Program-made: the position numbers and the translations under genes
In this document: positions 36,862-46,419 of the stretch, piece by piece
Layout: each line of letters begins with the position of its first letter
How positions within the stretch are numbered: the stretch's first letter is position 1
Notes under the pieces: model-generated
Told to the model about the DNA's origin: nothing
Database searches by the model: none
What the model saw: only the letters and a program-made list of their open reading frames with translations
DNA from: a virus
Taxonomy: Duplodnaviria > Caudoviricetes
Direction: 5' to 3' (one strand)
Virus record (IMG/VR): IMGVR_UViG_3300029288_000063
Coordinates: 1-64,000 of that record
DNA: 64,000 nucleotides

Positions 36862-36899
36862 AAACACGACTCGGTTTTGTATCCAACAGATCGTCCTGA
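36855..36899 (+). pseudogene. Remnant or mini-ORF of a fifth FVSNSSS-motif gene
   Basis: ttg gta aaa aca cga ctc ggt ttt gta tcc aac aga tcg tcc tga = (M)VKTRLGFVSNRSS*. Confidence 0.6.
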
Positions 36900-36987
36900 C
36901 TAGATTCGAGCGGATAATTGTTCCGAGTTTTTAGTCCTCGATGCGATAGTGTCACATTAGTATTCTTTTTGCCGAGAGGATGAAGCT

Positions 36988-37866
36988 ATGCCGATGGAAA
37001 TTCAGTCCCTGTCGATTTGTGTTCCCACCCCGCGTTGTGTAAACAACTGCAAGTTCTGCGTCTCCAAGATGGGCGATAACGCCTATCCCAACCAAATCGA
37101 AAAGAACAAACGGTTCAGCGACCTGTATCGGCGCGACTTCATCCGCCGTTTACAATTTGCACGAGACAACGGGTGTAATACGGTTATTCTGACCGGGGAC
37201 GGTGAGCCGCTGTCCAATGTCGACTTTCTCGACAAGTTTTCCGAATGGAACGAGAAGCTGACCTCGCCGTTCCAATGGGTCGAGGTCCAGACATCGGGCG
37301 TCCTGCTGGACGAAGAGATGCTTCGTCACCTTCGGAATATGGTGGGCGTGTCGACCATCGCCCTGAGCCTGTCGAACATTTTCAATTCCGAAAGCAATCA
37401 CGAAATGAACCAGACGCCCGAGAAGCTTCGGTTCGACATCGACCACCTGTGTTCGGAAATCAAGCGGTACGATTTCAACCTGCGCCTATCTCTCAACATG
37501 ACGGACGTTTATAGCAGTTTGACACTGTGGGAGATTTTCAGCCGTGCGAAGATTCTCGGAGCAGACCAAATCACCTTCCGCGTGCTTTATGAGTCTGGCA
37601 CCGGAACGGAAGAAGACAAGTGGATTAAGAAACACCGCTGCAACCCGTACAAGATTGAGCAGATTAGCAGGTTCATCAAGAAAAACGGGCGCGAGTTGGA
37701 GGTTCTTCCGTTCGGCGCGACACGGTATTCTGTGGATGGGATGTCGGTGGTGCTGGATGGCGACTGCATGTCCGGCGCGGTGAAGCCGACGATTCGGTAT
37801 CTGGTTCTTCGCCCCGACTGCAAGCTGTATACGAAGTGGGACGACAAGGGAAGCAAGGTGTTTTGA
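36988..37866 (+). CDS. Radical SAM protein
   Basis: SICVP..RCVNNCKFC; TG.GEP; QTSG. Confidence 0.85.
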   Translation: MPMEIQSLSICVPTPRCVNNCKFCVSKMGDNAYPNQIEKNKRFSDLYRRDFIRRLQFARDNGCNTVILTGDGEPLSNVDFLDKFSEWNEKLTSPFQWVEVQTSGVLLDEEMLRHLRNMVGVSTIALSLSNIFNSESNHEMNQTPEKLRFDIDHLCSEIKRYDFNLRLSLNMTDVYSSLTLWEIFSRAKILGADQITFRVLYESGTGTEEDKWIKKHRCNPYKIEQISRFIKKNGRELEVLPFGATRYSVDGMSVVLDGDCMSGAVKPTIRYLVLRPDCKLYTKWDDKGSKVF

Positions 37867-38176
37867 TGGCGATTGCAGACCATTATCCAGTAGGGATGTC
37901 GTTTTGTGACGAAGCCGGGCTTAACGGGAATTGTGGGGTCAAGTGTTCGCGTTTTCTTGAGGGTGAGTGCCCAATCGAGACGGATGTTACAGAAGATATC
38001 ACGGACGAGGTTTATGGTGAGATTGTCTATGATATAACAGATGATTGTCTTTGTGATAGAATCGAAAAGATTATTTTAAATGGATTTGACAAGAATTCTA
38101 TCCAGAAAAAATAGTTCTCTCCGATGTTTTCTTGTTAGGAGGCAACTTTTGCCCCTTAAAACGAGAGGAGATAACT

Positions 38177-39883
38177 ATGAATCGCTTTGTTTTGTTCTTG
38201 CTGGTGCTGTCTGTCTCGTTCGTTGTCTATGCCGGTGAAGACGAACATGCCTACGACCATGTCTATTTGAAAAACGGCTCAACCATTGAGGCGGATGTCG
38301 TTTGGGTAAGCTTCAGCCCTAAGAAGAATACCGACGAAACGACACAGACAGAAACGACATTCGTGCATCCGCCCAAAAGAAGCATCATCTACATTGACAA
38401 GAGCGGTGTCGGACATACCGTGTCGACTGATGATGTCGATGAAATCCAGTTCGATGTCGGTCTTGCGAATAAAACATGGTCGCATGGATACTGTGTTATC
38501 AATGGTAGCGTAAAGCTCGTATTGGCTCGCGTAACACGCGTCAAAGACGAAATCGTTTATGGTGAAGACCATAAAGGCGTTAGCTTCGAAAGCAACGCTT
38601 GTCGTATGTGTCTATTCAACGCCAAGTATCGTTCCGTGAAAATCACAAAAACTCCTCCCCCCGAACTTAGGTGGATTGGTGCTGTTAGTGTTTATTGGTG
38701 GTTGTCTGAATACGCCGGTTATACGACTACACGTGAAAACCTGATTCAAGTTCTCGGAGGATATAAAAGTGCCAGTCCTGAGCTTTATACTGGACTCACG
38801 GAAGAAGCGAAGAACAAACTAGACGAACACTTCAAGACGAAGGGCATAACGTTTTCGCGTCGTCCTATCCCGAGAACTATTGAAGATGTCTTTGCCACGT
38901 ATCTGTTGATGGTTCGGAGTGTTGAGCGTGGGATGCCCTGTGAGTTTCCGGTTGTAGTTCGAACCCAAGATGGAACCCGTATTCTTATGTCCCGTGTTAT
39001 GTGGGGTTATCAAGATGGTGGGAATAGTCTATTTTCGAACATGTTAAATGTAAAAGGAGCATATGCAAAAACATCATTTCCTGTGATATTCACGACTGCT
39101 CAGCCGGGGGAATGGAAGTTTTATCCGCATGTGATTTCCAGCGTCATGAAGGACGGTGTTGAGGTTATTGGTGATGTTGTGTGTGATGACGATGAGACGC
39201 TCAGTTCGGAACCATTTCTTCCTGTAGCGGGTGACACAGGTATAACGGGCGACAGTGGTGTTACGGGTGACACAGGTGTGACGGGTGACAGTGGTGTTAC
39301 GGTGTCGCCGGTATCGCAAAAGTCTCCTGTGTCTCAGGTATCTCAAAAGTCTCAAGTTGCTGATGCTCAAAAGCCTCAAGTTACCGATGCTCAAAAGCCA
39401 AGTATTATCAAGCCGAAGATTGGTCCGTATTCCGGCAGGGATAAGGGTGTTATGGTTTCCGGGAAATACGGTGACCCAGTCACCTTTGACAAGTATGAAA
39501 AAGGGCATGCTAGAGGTGGTATTGGGAGGAGTTACAGCCTTCGTATCGTTGCCGAGGTGCCGAAGGAGGTCAAGGTTGGTGATAAGCCGAATCCGTACAA
39601 GAAGTATCACGTGACGAATTCGAAGTCGAATGACAAGGTTGACAAGATGGATGTGAAGTTCAACCGGGAGCACATCAAGTTTATTGAGGATTGGAATGCC
39701 GGTGAAGAGATGCCCAAGACTTTTGAATGGCTTGAATCCAGTTGGCGTCAGCAGCGTCAGATTGAGGAGAACGAAAGGCAGCGTGATAATGCTCGCCGGG
39801 AAGCTGAGCGTAGGGCTGCTTTAAGGAATGCGAATTCCAAGAGGGATGCGCTAAAGAACAAATATCTCGGCCAGAACAAGTGA
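38177..39883 (+). CDS. Large secreted protein with low-complexity linker
   Basis: Signal peptide MNRFVLFLLVLSVSFVVYA; D.VYLKNG..I; GD(T/S)G(I/V)T x4 and SPVSQ repeats; C-terminal coiled coil. Confidence 0.7.
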   Translation: MNRFVLFLLVLSVSFVVYAGEDEHAYDHVYLKNGSTIEADVVWVSFSPKKNTDETTQTETTFVHPPKRSIIYIDKSGVGHTVSTDDVDEIQFDVGLANKTWSHGYCVINGSVKLVLARVTRVKDEIVYGEDHKGVSFESNACRMCLFNAKYRSVKITKTPPPELRWIGAVSVYWWLSEYAGYTTTRENLIQVLGGYKSASPELYTGLTEEAKNKLDEHFKTKGITFSRRPIPRTIEDVFATYLLMVRSVERGMPCEFPVVVRTQDGTRILMSRVMWGYQDGGNSLFSNMLNVKGAYAKTSFPVIFTTAQPGEWKFYPHVISSVMKDGVEVIGDVVCDDDETLSSEPFLPVAGDTGITGDSGVTGDTGVTGDSGVTVSPVSQKSPVSQVSQKSQVADAQKPQVTDAQKPSIIKPKIGPYSGRDKGVMVSGKYGDPVTFDKYEKGHARGGIGRSYSLRIVAEVPKEVKVGDKPNPYKKYHVTNSKSNDKVDKMDVKFNREHIKFIEDWNAGEEMPKTFEWLESSWRQQRQIEENERQRDNARREAERRAALRNANSKRDALKNKYLGQNK

Positions 39884-39894
39884 AAAAAATCAGT

Positions 39895-39930
39895 AAAACC
39901 GCCCACTTTATCCCAGTGGGCGGTTTTTTT
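39895..39930 (+). terminator. Rho-independent terminator
   Basis: aaaaccgcccact / agtgggcggtttt. Confidence 0.85.
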
Positions 39931-40011
39931 GTTTCCATTGTCTCTATGTTGTCCTTCTGTTATAATTCCCCAAAATTTTATTATTTGCGTGTTTATAGAA
40001 GGAGGTTCCCT

Positions 40012-40278
40012 ATGTGGAATGACTCTGGATGGGGTGTTTATATTGTCAGGTGTTGTGATGGCACCCTATATTGTGGCGCGACGAACAATGTGGAAAAGAG
40101 AGTCAAGGTGCATAATAGTGGTCGGGGGGCGAAATACACCTCGAAACGTTGCCCTGTTGTTTTGGTTGCTTGGACTGGTGGTATATTACTGAAGGGTGAG
40201 GCGTTACGTTTTGAGCGGCATGTGAAGCGGATGAGGCGAGAAGAAAAGATTAGGGCTGTTCTTTTGAAAAGGGGGTGA
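40012..40278 (+). CDS. GIY-YIG nuclease (UPF0213-like)
   Basis: VYIVRC.DGTLYCG.TNN..KR...HNSG.GAKYT. Confidence 0.9.
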   Translation: MWNDSGWGVYIVRCCDGTLYCGATNNVEKRVKVHNSGRGAKYTSKRCPVVLVAWTGGILLKGEALRFERHVKRMRREEKIRAVLLKRG

Positions 40279-40279
40279 G

Positions 40280-40699
40280 TTGATGCCTGTTGTCCATCTG
40301 AATACCAAGGCGGTTGAGTCGGCATTTGCCCTGAAAGCCCGTGAGTTTGCCAAAGATGCGGTAAATATTTTTTGGATGAGAGATTTAAAGTTCCCTGATG
40401 TTGATGGCACGAATAAAGGGTTGCCATTTGTTCCTGACGAGTTTGAGATTTCACAGTTTTGTGAGGGTCTCGGCGTGACCCTTTGTCGGAATTTCGAACT
40501 TTCCTTTGAGACGGAATCAAATATGCTTTATGCTGCGTTGTCATCGGGGTGTGTAACTGCCTATATACGAGTTGCGCCTTTGAATGCAGATGAGAAAGAT
40601 TCGCCGGTGGTTGTTGATATGGGTTTTCTGGTTTCGGTTTCCCCTCCGACCCTGATGCCGGTTGAGGCGTTTTCCCCTATGCCCTCGAATGAGTCCTAA
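40280..40699 (+). CDS. Hypothetical protein
   Basis: Coupled ORF. Confidence 0.5.
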   Translation: MMPVVHLNTKAVESAFALKAREFAKDAVNIFWMRDLKFPDVDGTNKGLPFVPDEFEISQFCEGLGVTLCRNFELSFETESNMLYAALSSGCVTAYIRVAPLNADEKDSPVVVDMGFLVSVSPPTLMPVEAFSPMPSNES

Positions 40700-40731
40700 G
40701 CTTGTATAATACTGAGGGGGCGTTTGTTCGA

Positions 40732-41316
40732 ATGCAAGTTGAAGGGTTTCAGATGGAAGAGCAAGTCGAGTCATCCGTTGATAAAGTCCGCAGGGCGGAA
40801 CACAAGCGCATGGTGGACATCCTATGGAGGGATAAGTCCATCTTTGCGTCCGCGTTGAACCTAGACGCCGAGAAACTGTGGTTTCGTGGTAAGGAGTTTA
40901 TGTTCAACAAGGAGACGGGCGAAAAAGCGGATATGGTTTTTCAAGACCATTGGGACGCCTATCGAGGCGATGATAACGCGACGTGTTTTGTTGTGGAGTT
41001 GAAGTCCGAACAAGTTGACCATGAGGTTCTTGGGCAGCTAAAGAAAGCCGTTGACGCGATGGATCGTTTGGGTAAGTCGACAAAGCATTGGGGTAGGACT
41101 GTTGGTGTCGCCGTTGGAAAAAAGTTTACTGCGTCAGGTCTTGAGTTGCTGGCGTCGGGTCCGTATTTTTGTTTTGAGTGGGTTGAGGTTGAAACGAGGG
41201 TGTCTCTGGTTCCGACAGGACCGTTGTTTGCCCCGTTGTGTGGGGTTGTTAAAAAGGAAGAGATTGTAAGAAAAGCGAGGAGAAAAGGCGGTCCGGTACG
41301 ATGGTCTGATGCGTAG
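40732..41316 (+). CDS. PD-(D/E)xK nuclease, similar to the NucS C-terminal domain
   Basis: KEF...ADMVF...VVELK......VLGQL. Confidence 0.65.
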   Translation: MQVEGFQMEEQVESSVDKVRRAEHKRMVDILWRDKSIFASALNLDAEKLWFRGKEFMFNKETGEKADMVFQDHWDAYRGDDNATCFVVELKSEQVDHEVLGQLKKAVDAMDRLGKSTKHWGRTVGVAVGKKFTASGLELLASGPYFCFEWVEVETRVSLVPTGPLFAPLCGVVKKEEIVRKARRKGGPVRWSDA

Positions 41317-41480
41317 TTGGATGGCTTGGCCGTTTGTGGCTGAAAGGAAAAGTATGTCAAACCAAAAGGTCTGCCCGTATTGCGGGAAACAGATGTCTAG
41401 TTACGTTCGAGTGTGCCCTGATTGCAAAAAGATTGTTATAGGCGGAGATTCGTCTTTTGTCGGTTTTGACAGGAAGAAAG

Positions 41481-42101
41481 ATGGCAAATAACTATCTCAG
41501 TTACTCTGCGATGTTGTTTGATTCGGACGACGAGGTTTTGTCGCCAGAAGAAGTTGCGTTTTTTGAGGCTGTTTTGGATAACCAGAAGTCCGAAGACTTC
41601 GATGGAGAGCCGATTTGTTTGGAGATTAAAAAAGACAGATCAGGGAACCAGTGCAACGTTTGGTTCAATGGTGAAGAGAGCGGAAATATCGAAGGTGTTG
41701 CCAATTTGGTAGAGGAGTTTATCGGAAGGTTTCCGGCGCGTTCCGGGCTTATTTTTCACTTGGCGTGGGCGACGTGGTGCGACAAACCACGCGTTGATGA
41801 GTTTGCGGGCGGTGCTGTCGTCGTGTCGTCGTCCGGTCAGCGGTGGATGAGTTCGGATGAGTTTTTGCATAAGGTTCGTGAGGAAATCGAAAGTGGAAGA
41901 CTGTTGGATAAGGCGGAGCGTGAGAGGGAGATTCCACCGTTATCTGTTTCGAAAGAAGCCCATATTGTTTGGCGAGAGAGGGATGGAGAATGGCGTTCAA
42001 AAGTTTTGGTACATCCGCCGTGCGCGGAGGGGAAGTTGGATGCGGAGTCGGTGGGGGCGGTGGGGGCAGCTATCGTATTCGGAGGGAGTTCCGGGGGGTA
42101 G
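41481..42101 (+). CDS. Hypothetical phage protein
   Basis: MANNY...WA..CDKPRVDEF.GGA. Confidence 0.6.
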   Translation: MANNYLSYSAMLFDSDDEVLSPEEVAFFEAVLDNQKSEDFDGEPICLEIKKDRSGNQCNVWFNGEESGNIEGVANLVEEFIGRFPARSGLIFHLAWATWCDKPRVDEFAGGAVVVSSSGQRWMSSDEFLHKVREEIESGRLLDKAEREREIPPLSVSKEAHIVWRERDGEWRSKVLVHPPCAEGKLDAESVGAVGAAIVFGGSSGG

Positions 42102-42112
42102 CGTCTGACGCC

Positions 42113-42676
42113 ATGCGTTATGGCTGGGTTTTTGTTGTCGTCCTTGTGTTTTGCCTGTGTCTCGTTTCTGCCGGTGAGGCGTGGCAGCCACCGATGATGT
42201 CTGTGACGGTGCCGACCTGTTCGTCTGTTTCCGTCGCACCTGTGGCATTGTCCGAAACGGAAGTCGTGATGCCTGAAGAGGTTTGTCTGCCAGAACCGCA
42301 GGTTTTGGTTAAGCCTGAACCTGTTGCTGTTGCCCGCCCGGCGAGTCCTGTTGTGGAACGCCCGTATCGTATCGTCCGGGCAAAGGTGACGGCGTATTGT
42401 CCGTGTGCCCGTTGTTGTGGACGTAATTCGCCGGGCATTACGTCGACGAATACTTCGGCGTGGAGGCGTGGTCTGGCGGTTGACCCGAGGGCTATTTCGT
42501 ATGGCACAAAAATCGAAATCGCCGGTTACGGCATTGCGTCGGCGGATGACACTGGCGGTGCGATGCGTCGCAGTTATCGTCGTGGGATTGTGCAGATTGA
42601 CGTGCGGATGAAGAATCACAGTGCGGCGCAGGAGTGGGGTGTTCGTTGGATGAATGTCAAGGTGTTTTCAAAGTAA
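42113..42676 (+). CDS. Secreted 3D-domain (MltA-like peptidoglycan-active) protein
   Basis: Signal peptide; VTAYC, GIT, AVDP..I.YGT.I.I.GYG...ADDTGG, IDV. Confidence 0.85.
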   Translation: MRYGWVFVVVLVFCLCLVSAGEAWQPPMMSVTVPTCSSVSVAPVALSETEVVMPEEVCLPEPQVLVKPEPVAVARPASPVVERPYRIVRAKVTAYCPCARCCGRNSPGITSTNTSAWRRGLAVDPRAISYGTKIEIAGYGIASADDTGGAMRRSYRRGIVQIDVRMKNHSAAQEWGVRWMNVKVFSK

Positions 42677-42688
42677 AGGAGTTCTTCT

Positions 42689-43297
42689 GTGGGAACGCGA
42701 AACCTAACAGCAGTATTTGTTGGTGGAAAATACACGATTGCGAAATACTGTCAATGGGATGGCTATCCGAACGGTCAGGGTGTTGATTTGCTTCGGTTCC
42801 TTCGTGACGAGGCGGAGCCAACCTTCGCGTCAAAGTGTGCGGATGCCCGTATTGCCACGAAGGAGGAAATCGTAGCCGCGTATACGTCGTGTGGAGCGGC
42901 TCCGAACTCTGACCTTGTCTCTTTTGAAGTCTCCGATAAGGTTTTTGATTTGTTCCCGAACCTTCATCGCGATATGGGTGGTGCCGATGCTCTTCGGTTT
43001 GTGCAGGAAAACGCGCCCGGCGTTGCGTTTCCGTTTTCCCTTGGGTTCGCGGCGGATTCGCTGTTTTGCGAGTGGGCGTATGTTGTTGATTTCGACAAGG
43101 GAACGTTTGAGGTGTACGAGGGGTTCAACAAAGAACCGCTTGACGAGAGCGAACGTTTCGCCAATGTCGATGGTGCGGAGAAGTCGAATAAGGAATACTA
43201 CCCAGTTCGTTTGTCCGCGACGTTTTCGCTCTCCGACCTGCCGTCCGACGAGGTTTTTTTGAAGACGTTTGCAAAGGAAGATGAATGCGATGAATGA
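42689..43297 (+). CDS. Conserved phage hypothetical protein (MxTR...DGYP family)
   Basis: MGTR...YCQWDGYP.GQG...CEWAYVVD; related gene at 56222. Confidence 0.7.
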   Translation: MGTRNLTAVFVGGKYTIAKYCQWDGYPNGQGVDLLRFLRDEAEPTFASKCADARIATKEEIVAAYTSCGAAPNSDLVSFEVSDKVFDLFPNLHRDMGGADALRFVQENAPGVAFPFSLGFAADSLFCEWAYVVDFDKGTFEVYEGFNKEPLDESERFANVDGAEKSNKEYYPVRLSATFSLSDLPSDEVFLKTFAKEDECDE

Positions 43298-43681
43298 CCG
43301 CTTGGTGTTTCTCGTTATGGAGCCGCTGGATGGTGGTCAGAAGACCGTCACAAGCGTGCAAGGACCGAACGAGGAAGAAGTGTTCGAGAACCTCCGTATG
43401 TCGCCGTCAGGGCGTCCATATCGCGCCACAATGGTCGTTCTGACGTATTCTGACGCCGGGGTGTCGTCGAAGGCAATGGTGAAGGTGTTGCCGGAGAAGC
43501 CGGTTGGCGATTCCGCTGTTCGGCTTGGTTCGGGTTCTTTGCCAGATTTGCCAGTATGACCCGATAGTATGCCAGCGGGGTGGCTACTGTCGGGCAGTCC
43601 ACGGTCCAGAGGTACGCCGAATTCTCATTGTTTTCGGTGTGTGGATTTTTTTGTTTTTCTGCCATTTTTTTCAATCCTGCA

Positions 43682-43691
43682 CGATAGTCCT
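43682..43691 (+). promoter_or_regulatory. CGATAGTCCT, sigma28-like -10 element (representative of a recurring motif)
   Basis: Identical at 47121; variants at 10722, 14540, 20627, 27152, 36944, 45727, 49568, 51623 and 55218, each shortly before a gene start. Confidence 0.55.
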
Positions 43692-43717
43692 TTGTAAGCC
43701 CAAAGGAGAGAGAAAAA

Positions 43718-45703
43718 ATGGCATTCAGCGTAAACGCACAAGAAGTTGGTTACACGTCAGCCGCCCGGTTCATCGCATCTGACCGCGACACGCGGGTCAT
43801 GTTTGACGCGGTTGGCTGTGCACCGCACGCCGAAGGCTTGCTGGAAGGCGACACGGTTCACACTCTTCACCTTGGCGTTTGCCCCGTCCTCCCATCGGAC
43901 ACCGATAATCTGCTTCTGACCACGGCTTGCTGGCACGAAGCCCTTCACATTCGCCATTCGTGCGGGCTTCGCAAGGAAGAGTTCCCGCAGGGTTCCCTGC
44001 ACACGATTATGAACAGCCTCGAAGACAACCGCATCGAACGCTACGGCGCGGAAGAGTATGCCGGTGTTGGACCGATGATGCTTGAGTCGTCGATTTACTA
44101 CAACAAGAAGATTGGCGCACAGATTAGCACCGGCGAGGTTGACGCCCCATTGTGGGAAGCGGTTTGCGCGATGGATATGATGGAGCGTGGTTTGGTTCCG
44201 TCGTGGGTGCTGACCCCGAAGGCTCAGAAATACGTCGATGCGGCGTATGAGCTGTATGTCCAGATTCGCAAGATTTCTAAGGCTGACGGGATTCGTGCGG
44301 TTTTGGCGCTTGCGAAGGAAATCCACAAGAAGCTGGTTGAGGTCAACAAGGACATCGAAAAGGAATCCAAGCCCGAGCCGAAGAAGGAAAAGTCAGATAA
44401 GAAGGAAGGCGAAGACGAAGGTGAAGGTGAAGGCGAAGGCGAAGGCGAAGGCGAGGAAAGCGGGAAGCCCAGCGCCGCCGGTGATATTGAATCCGAGGAG
44501 GAAGAATCCAAGGGTGCCGGTTCGTCCGATGATTCTGAGGAGTCGGAAGAAGACGAAGAAAAGTCATCCGGCTTAGAAGCCGAAAATACCGAAGACGGCG
44601 AAGACGAGTCTGATGGTTCCGACAAGACGTCCGAGGAAGCCGAAGACAAAGCCGCCGAGGAAGCCGAAGACAAAGCTGCCGAGGAAGCCGAAGACAAAGC
44701 TGCCGAGGAAGCTGCCAAGGCGAAGATGGACGAAGAGGTGAAGGGTGGCAAGGACAAGAAAGATACAATCTGCGAAGATGTCCAGAAGAAGGTTGATGCC
44801 CTGCCAGCCGCCGAACGCCAGTATATTCCCGACCGTTGCAACGACCGCATCGAAATCATCGAAAAGCGTTCCGGTGACGACGAGCTGTATCGTGAGGGCT
44901 TGAAGCAGGTGTCCGGCAAGGTTGCCGTGATGGGTTCTGTCATCGAACAGGCGCTTCGGGCTATGGCGAAGAAGAAGATTCGCCCGAACCGCGAAGCTGG
45001 GATGCTGGACGAAAACAACCTCGTTGCCGCCGCCCGTGGGCTGACCAAGGCTGTGTTCAAAGACGAGGTTGACGGTTCCAAACTGAACACGGTTGTGTCG
45101 TTCGTGATTGATGAGTCTGGTTCGATGTGCTATGAAGACCGCGTTAACCAGACCCGCCTGATGGTTATGGCTCTCGGTGAGGTTCTGTCGCGGTTCGGCA
45201 TTCCGTTTGAGGTTCTCGGCTCGACGACCACGGAAGAATACAATAAAGCCCTTTATAACGCGAGTGGCTTTACTCGGACGAACCCGCTGTGGATGCGTGT
45301 TTACAAGGGGTTCAGTGAGTCGTGGGTTGCCGCCCGTGGCAAGGTTATGCAGACGGCTGCCCGGAACAACAACATTGACGGCGAGTGGGTTGAGTTTGCC
45401 GGTCGTCGGATTGCGAAGCGCAAGGAGCGTCGGAAGATTGTGTTCAGCCTGTCGGATGGTTGTCCTGTCTCCGGTCACGGCGCAGACATCGACCGTGGAG
45501 CGATGCGGAAGAACATCATCCGCACCTGCGAGCGCCTCCGTAAGTCCGGCATCGAGGTTTACGGCTTCGGTATCAGAACCGATGAACCCAAAGCCCTGTA
45601 TGGCGAAAAGTTCTTTGTCGGTCTTGATAGTGTCGAGAAGATGGGCGAGAAGTTTTTCCGCGAGTTTGCCGCCATTCTGACCAACGGAGCGATTCGGGTT
45701 TGA
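43718..45703 (+). CDS. CobT-like vWA protein with N-terminal HExxH domain and acidic linker
   Basis: HEALH, NSLEDNRIE; MIDAS IDESGSM; LSDG.P. Confidence 0.8.
   Translation: MAFSVNAQEVGYTSAARFIASDRDTRVMFDAVGCAPHAEGLLEGDTVHTLHLGVCPVLPSDTDNLLLTTACWHEALHIRHSCGLRKEEFPQGSLHTIMNSLEDNRIERYGAEEYAGVGPMMLESSIYYNKKIGAQISTGEVDAPLWEAVCAMDMMERGLVPSWVLTPKAQKYVDAAYELYVQIRKISKADGIRAVLALAKEIHKKLVEVNKDIEKESKPEPKKEKSDKKEGEDEGEGEGEGEGEGEESGKPSAAGDIESEEEESKGAGSSDDSEESEEDEEKSSGLEAENTEDGEDESDGSDKTSEEAEDKAAEEAEDKAAEEAEDKAAEEAAKAKMDEEVKGGKDKKDTICEDVQKKVDALPAAERQYIPDRCNDRIEIIEKRSGDDELYREGLKQVSGKVAVMGSVIEQALRAMAKKKIRPNREAGMLDENNLVAAARGLTKAVFKDEVDGSKLNTVVSFVIDESGSMCYEDRVNQTRLMVMALGEVLSRFGIPFEVLGSTTTEEYNKALYNASGFTRTNPLWMRVYKGFSESWVAARGKVMQTAARNNNIDGEWVEFAGRRIAKRKERRKIVFSLSDGCPVSGHGADIDRGAMRKNIIRTCERLRKSGIEVYGFGIRTDEPKALYGEKFFVGLDSVEKMGEKFFREFAAILTNGAIRV
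44631..44712 (+). repeat. Tandem 24-nt coding repeat (EEAEDKAA x3)
   Basis: ccgaggaagccgaagacaaagc(c/t)g repeated. Confidence 0.85.
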
Positions 45704-45765
45704 GTGTCAGAATTTCCCGTGTTGCCCGATAGTTGTGTGTAGGATTTCAAAGGAGGAGCCGTTCG

Positions 45766-46398
45766 ATGAGTGTGTTAATGGCTGCACACAATTACCGAGT
45801 TGGTCACGACAAGGTTTACATTGTCGGTGTTGTTCCGTTGCCGGGAGGCAAATTTGGTGTTGTTGCACGGTGGGGGAAGAACGCGGGGTCGTTGCCGTCG
45901 TCAAACGAGAAACAATACCACGAGTGCAATACCCTCGCGGAAGCTGGAAGCCGGGTTGTTTCGATTATCAACAAGAAAATCGGATCGGGTTATGTTAACA
46001 TCGAATCGGCGGAGTATGCGCCAAGGGGTACGCGCTTTACAATGGTGGAAGCCCGCCGCCAGTTCGGAAAGAAGCTTGCCGACGAGTTTGTTGCGCAGCC
46101 GGATGACACTGTTCCCACGACAAAAGCGGCAAAGCCTGTTGCCGCCCAAAAAGATGTTCCGTCGCAGTCCAAGAGTGGTTTTCATATCCCGAACGATATT
46201 GAGGTTCTTGTTGTTTGTGTTGACCCCGTTGGCTCGTGTCGTGACGGGATGGATGTCCGCGATGGTTTCGACAAAGACGACGAGTATGTTGCCAAGGCGT
46301 CACCACTGGGCGATAAGTTCGTGCAGGTGTTTGACCGTTTTGGAAAGCCTCGTTCGGTTCCGCAGGAGCAGTTCAAGTTTGTTGCGGCTGTCGAGTGA
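45766..46398 (+). CDS. WGR-domain protein
   Basis: HDKVY...VVARWGK...KK..SGY. Confidence 0.65.
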   Translation: MSVLMAAHNYRVGHDKVYIVGVVPLPGGKFGVVARWGKNAGSLPSSNEKQYHECNTLAEAGSRVVSIINKKIGSGYVNIESAEYAPRGTRFTMVEARRQFGKKLADEFVAQPDDTVPTTKAAKPVAAQKDVPSQSKSGFHIPNDIEVLVVCVDPVGSCRDGMDVRDGFDKDDEYVAKASPLGDKFVQVFDRFGKPRSVPQEQFKFVAAVE

Positions 46399-46419
46399 AA
46401 ATGGGGAAAGGTTTCCTCG

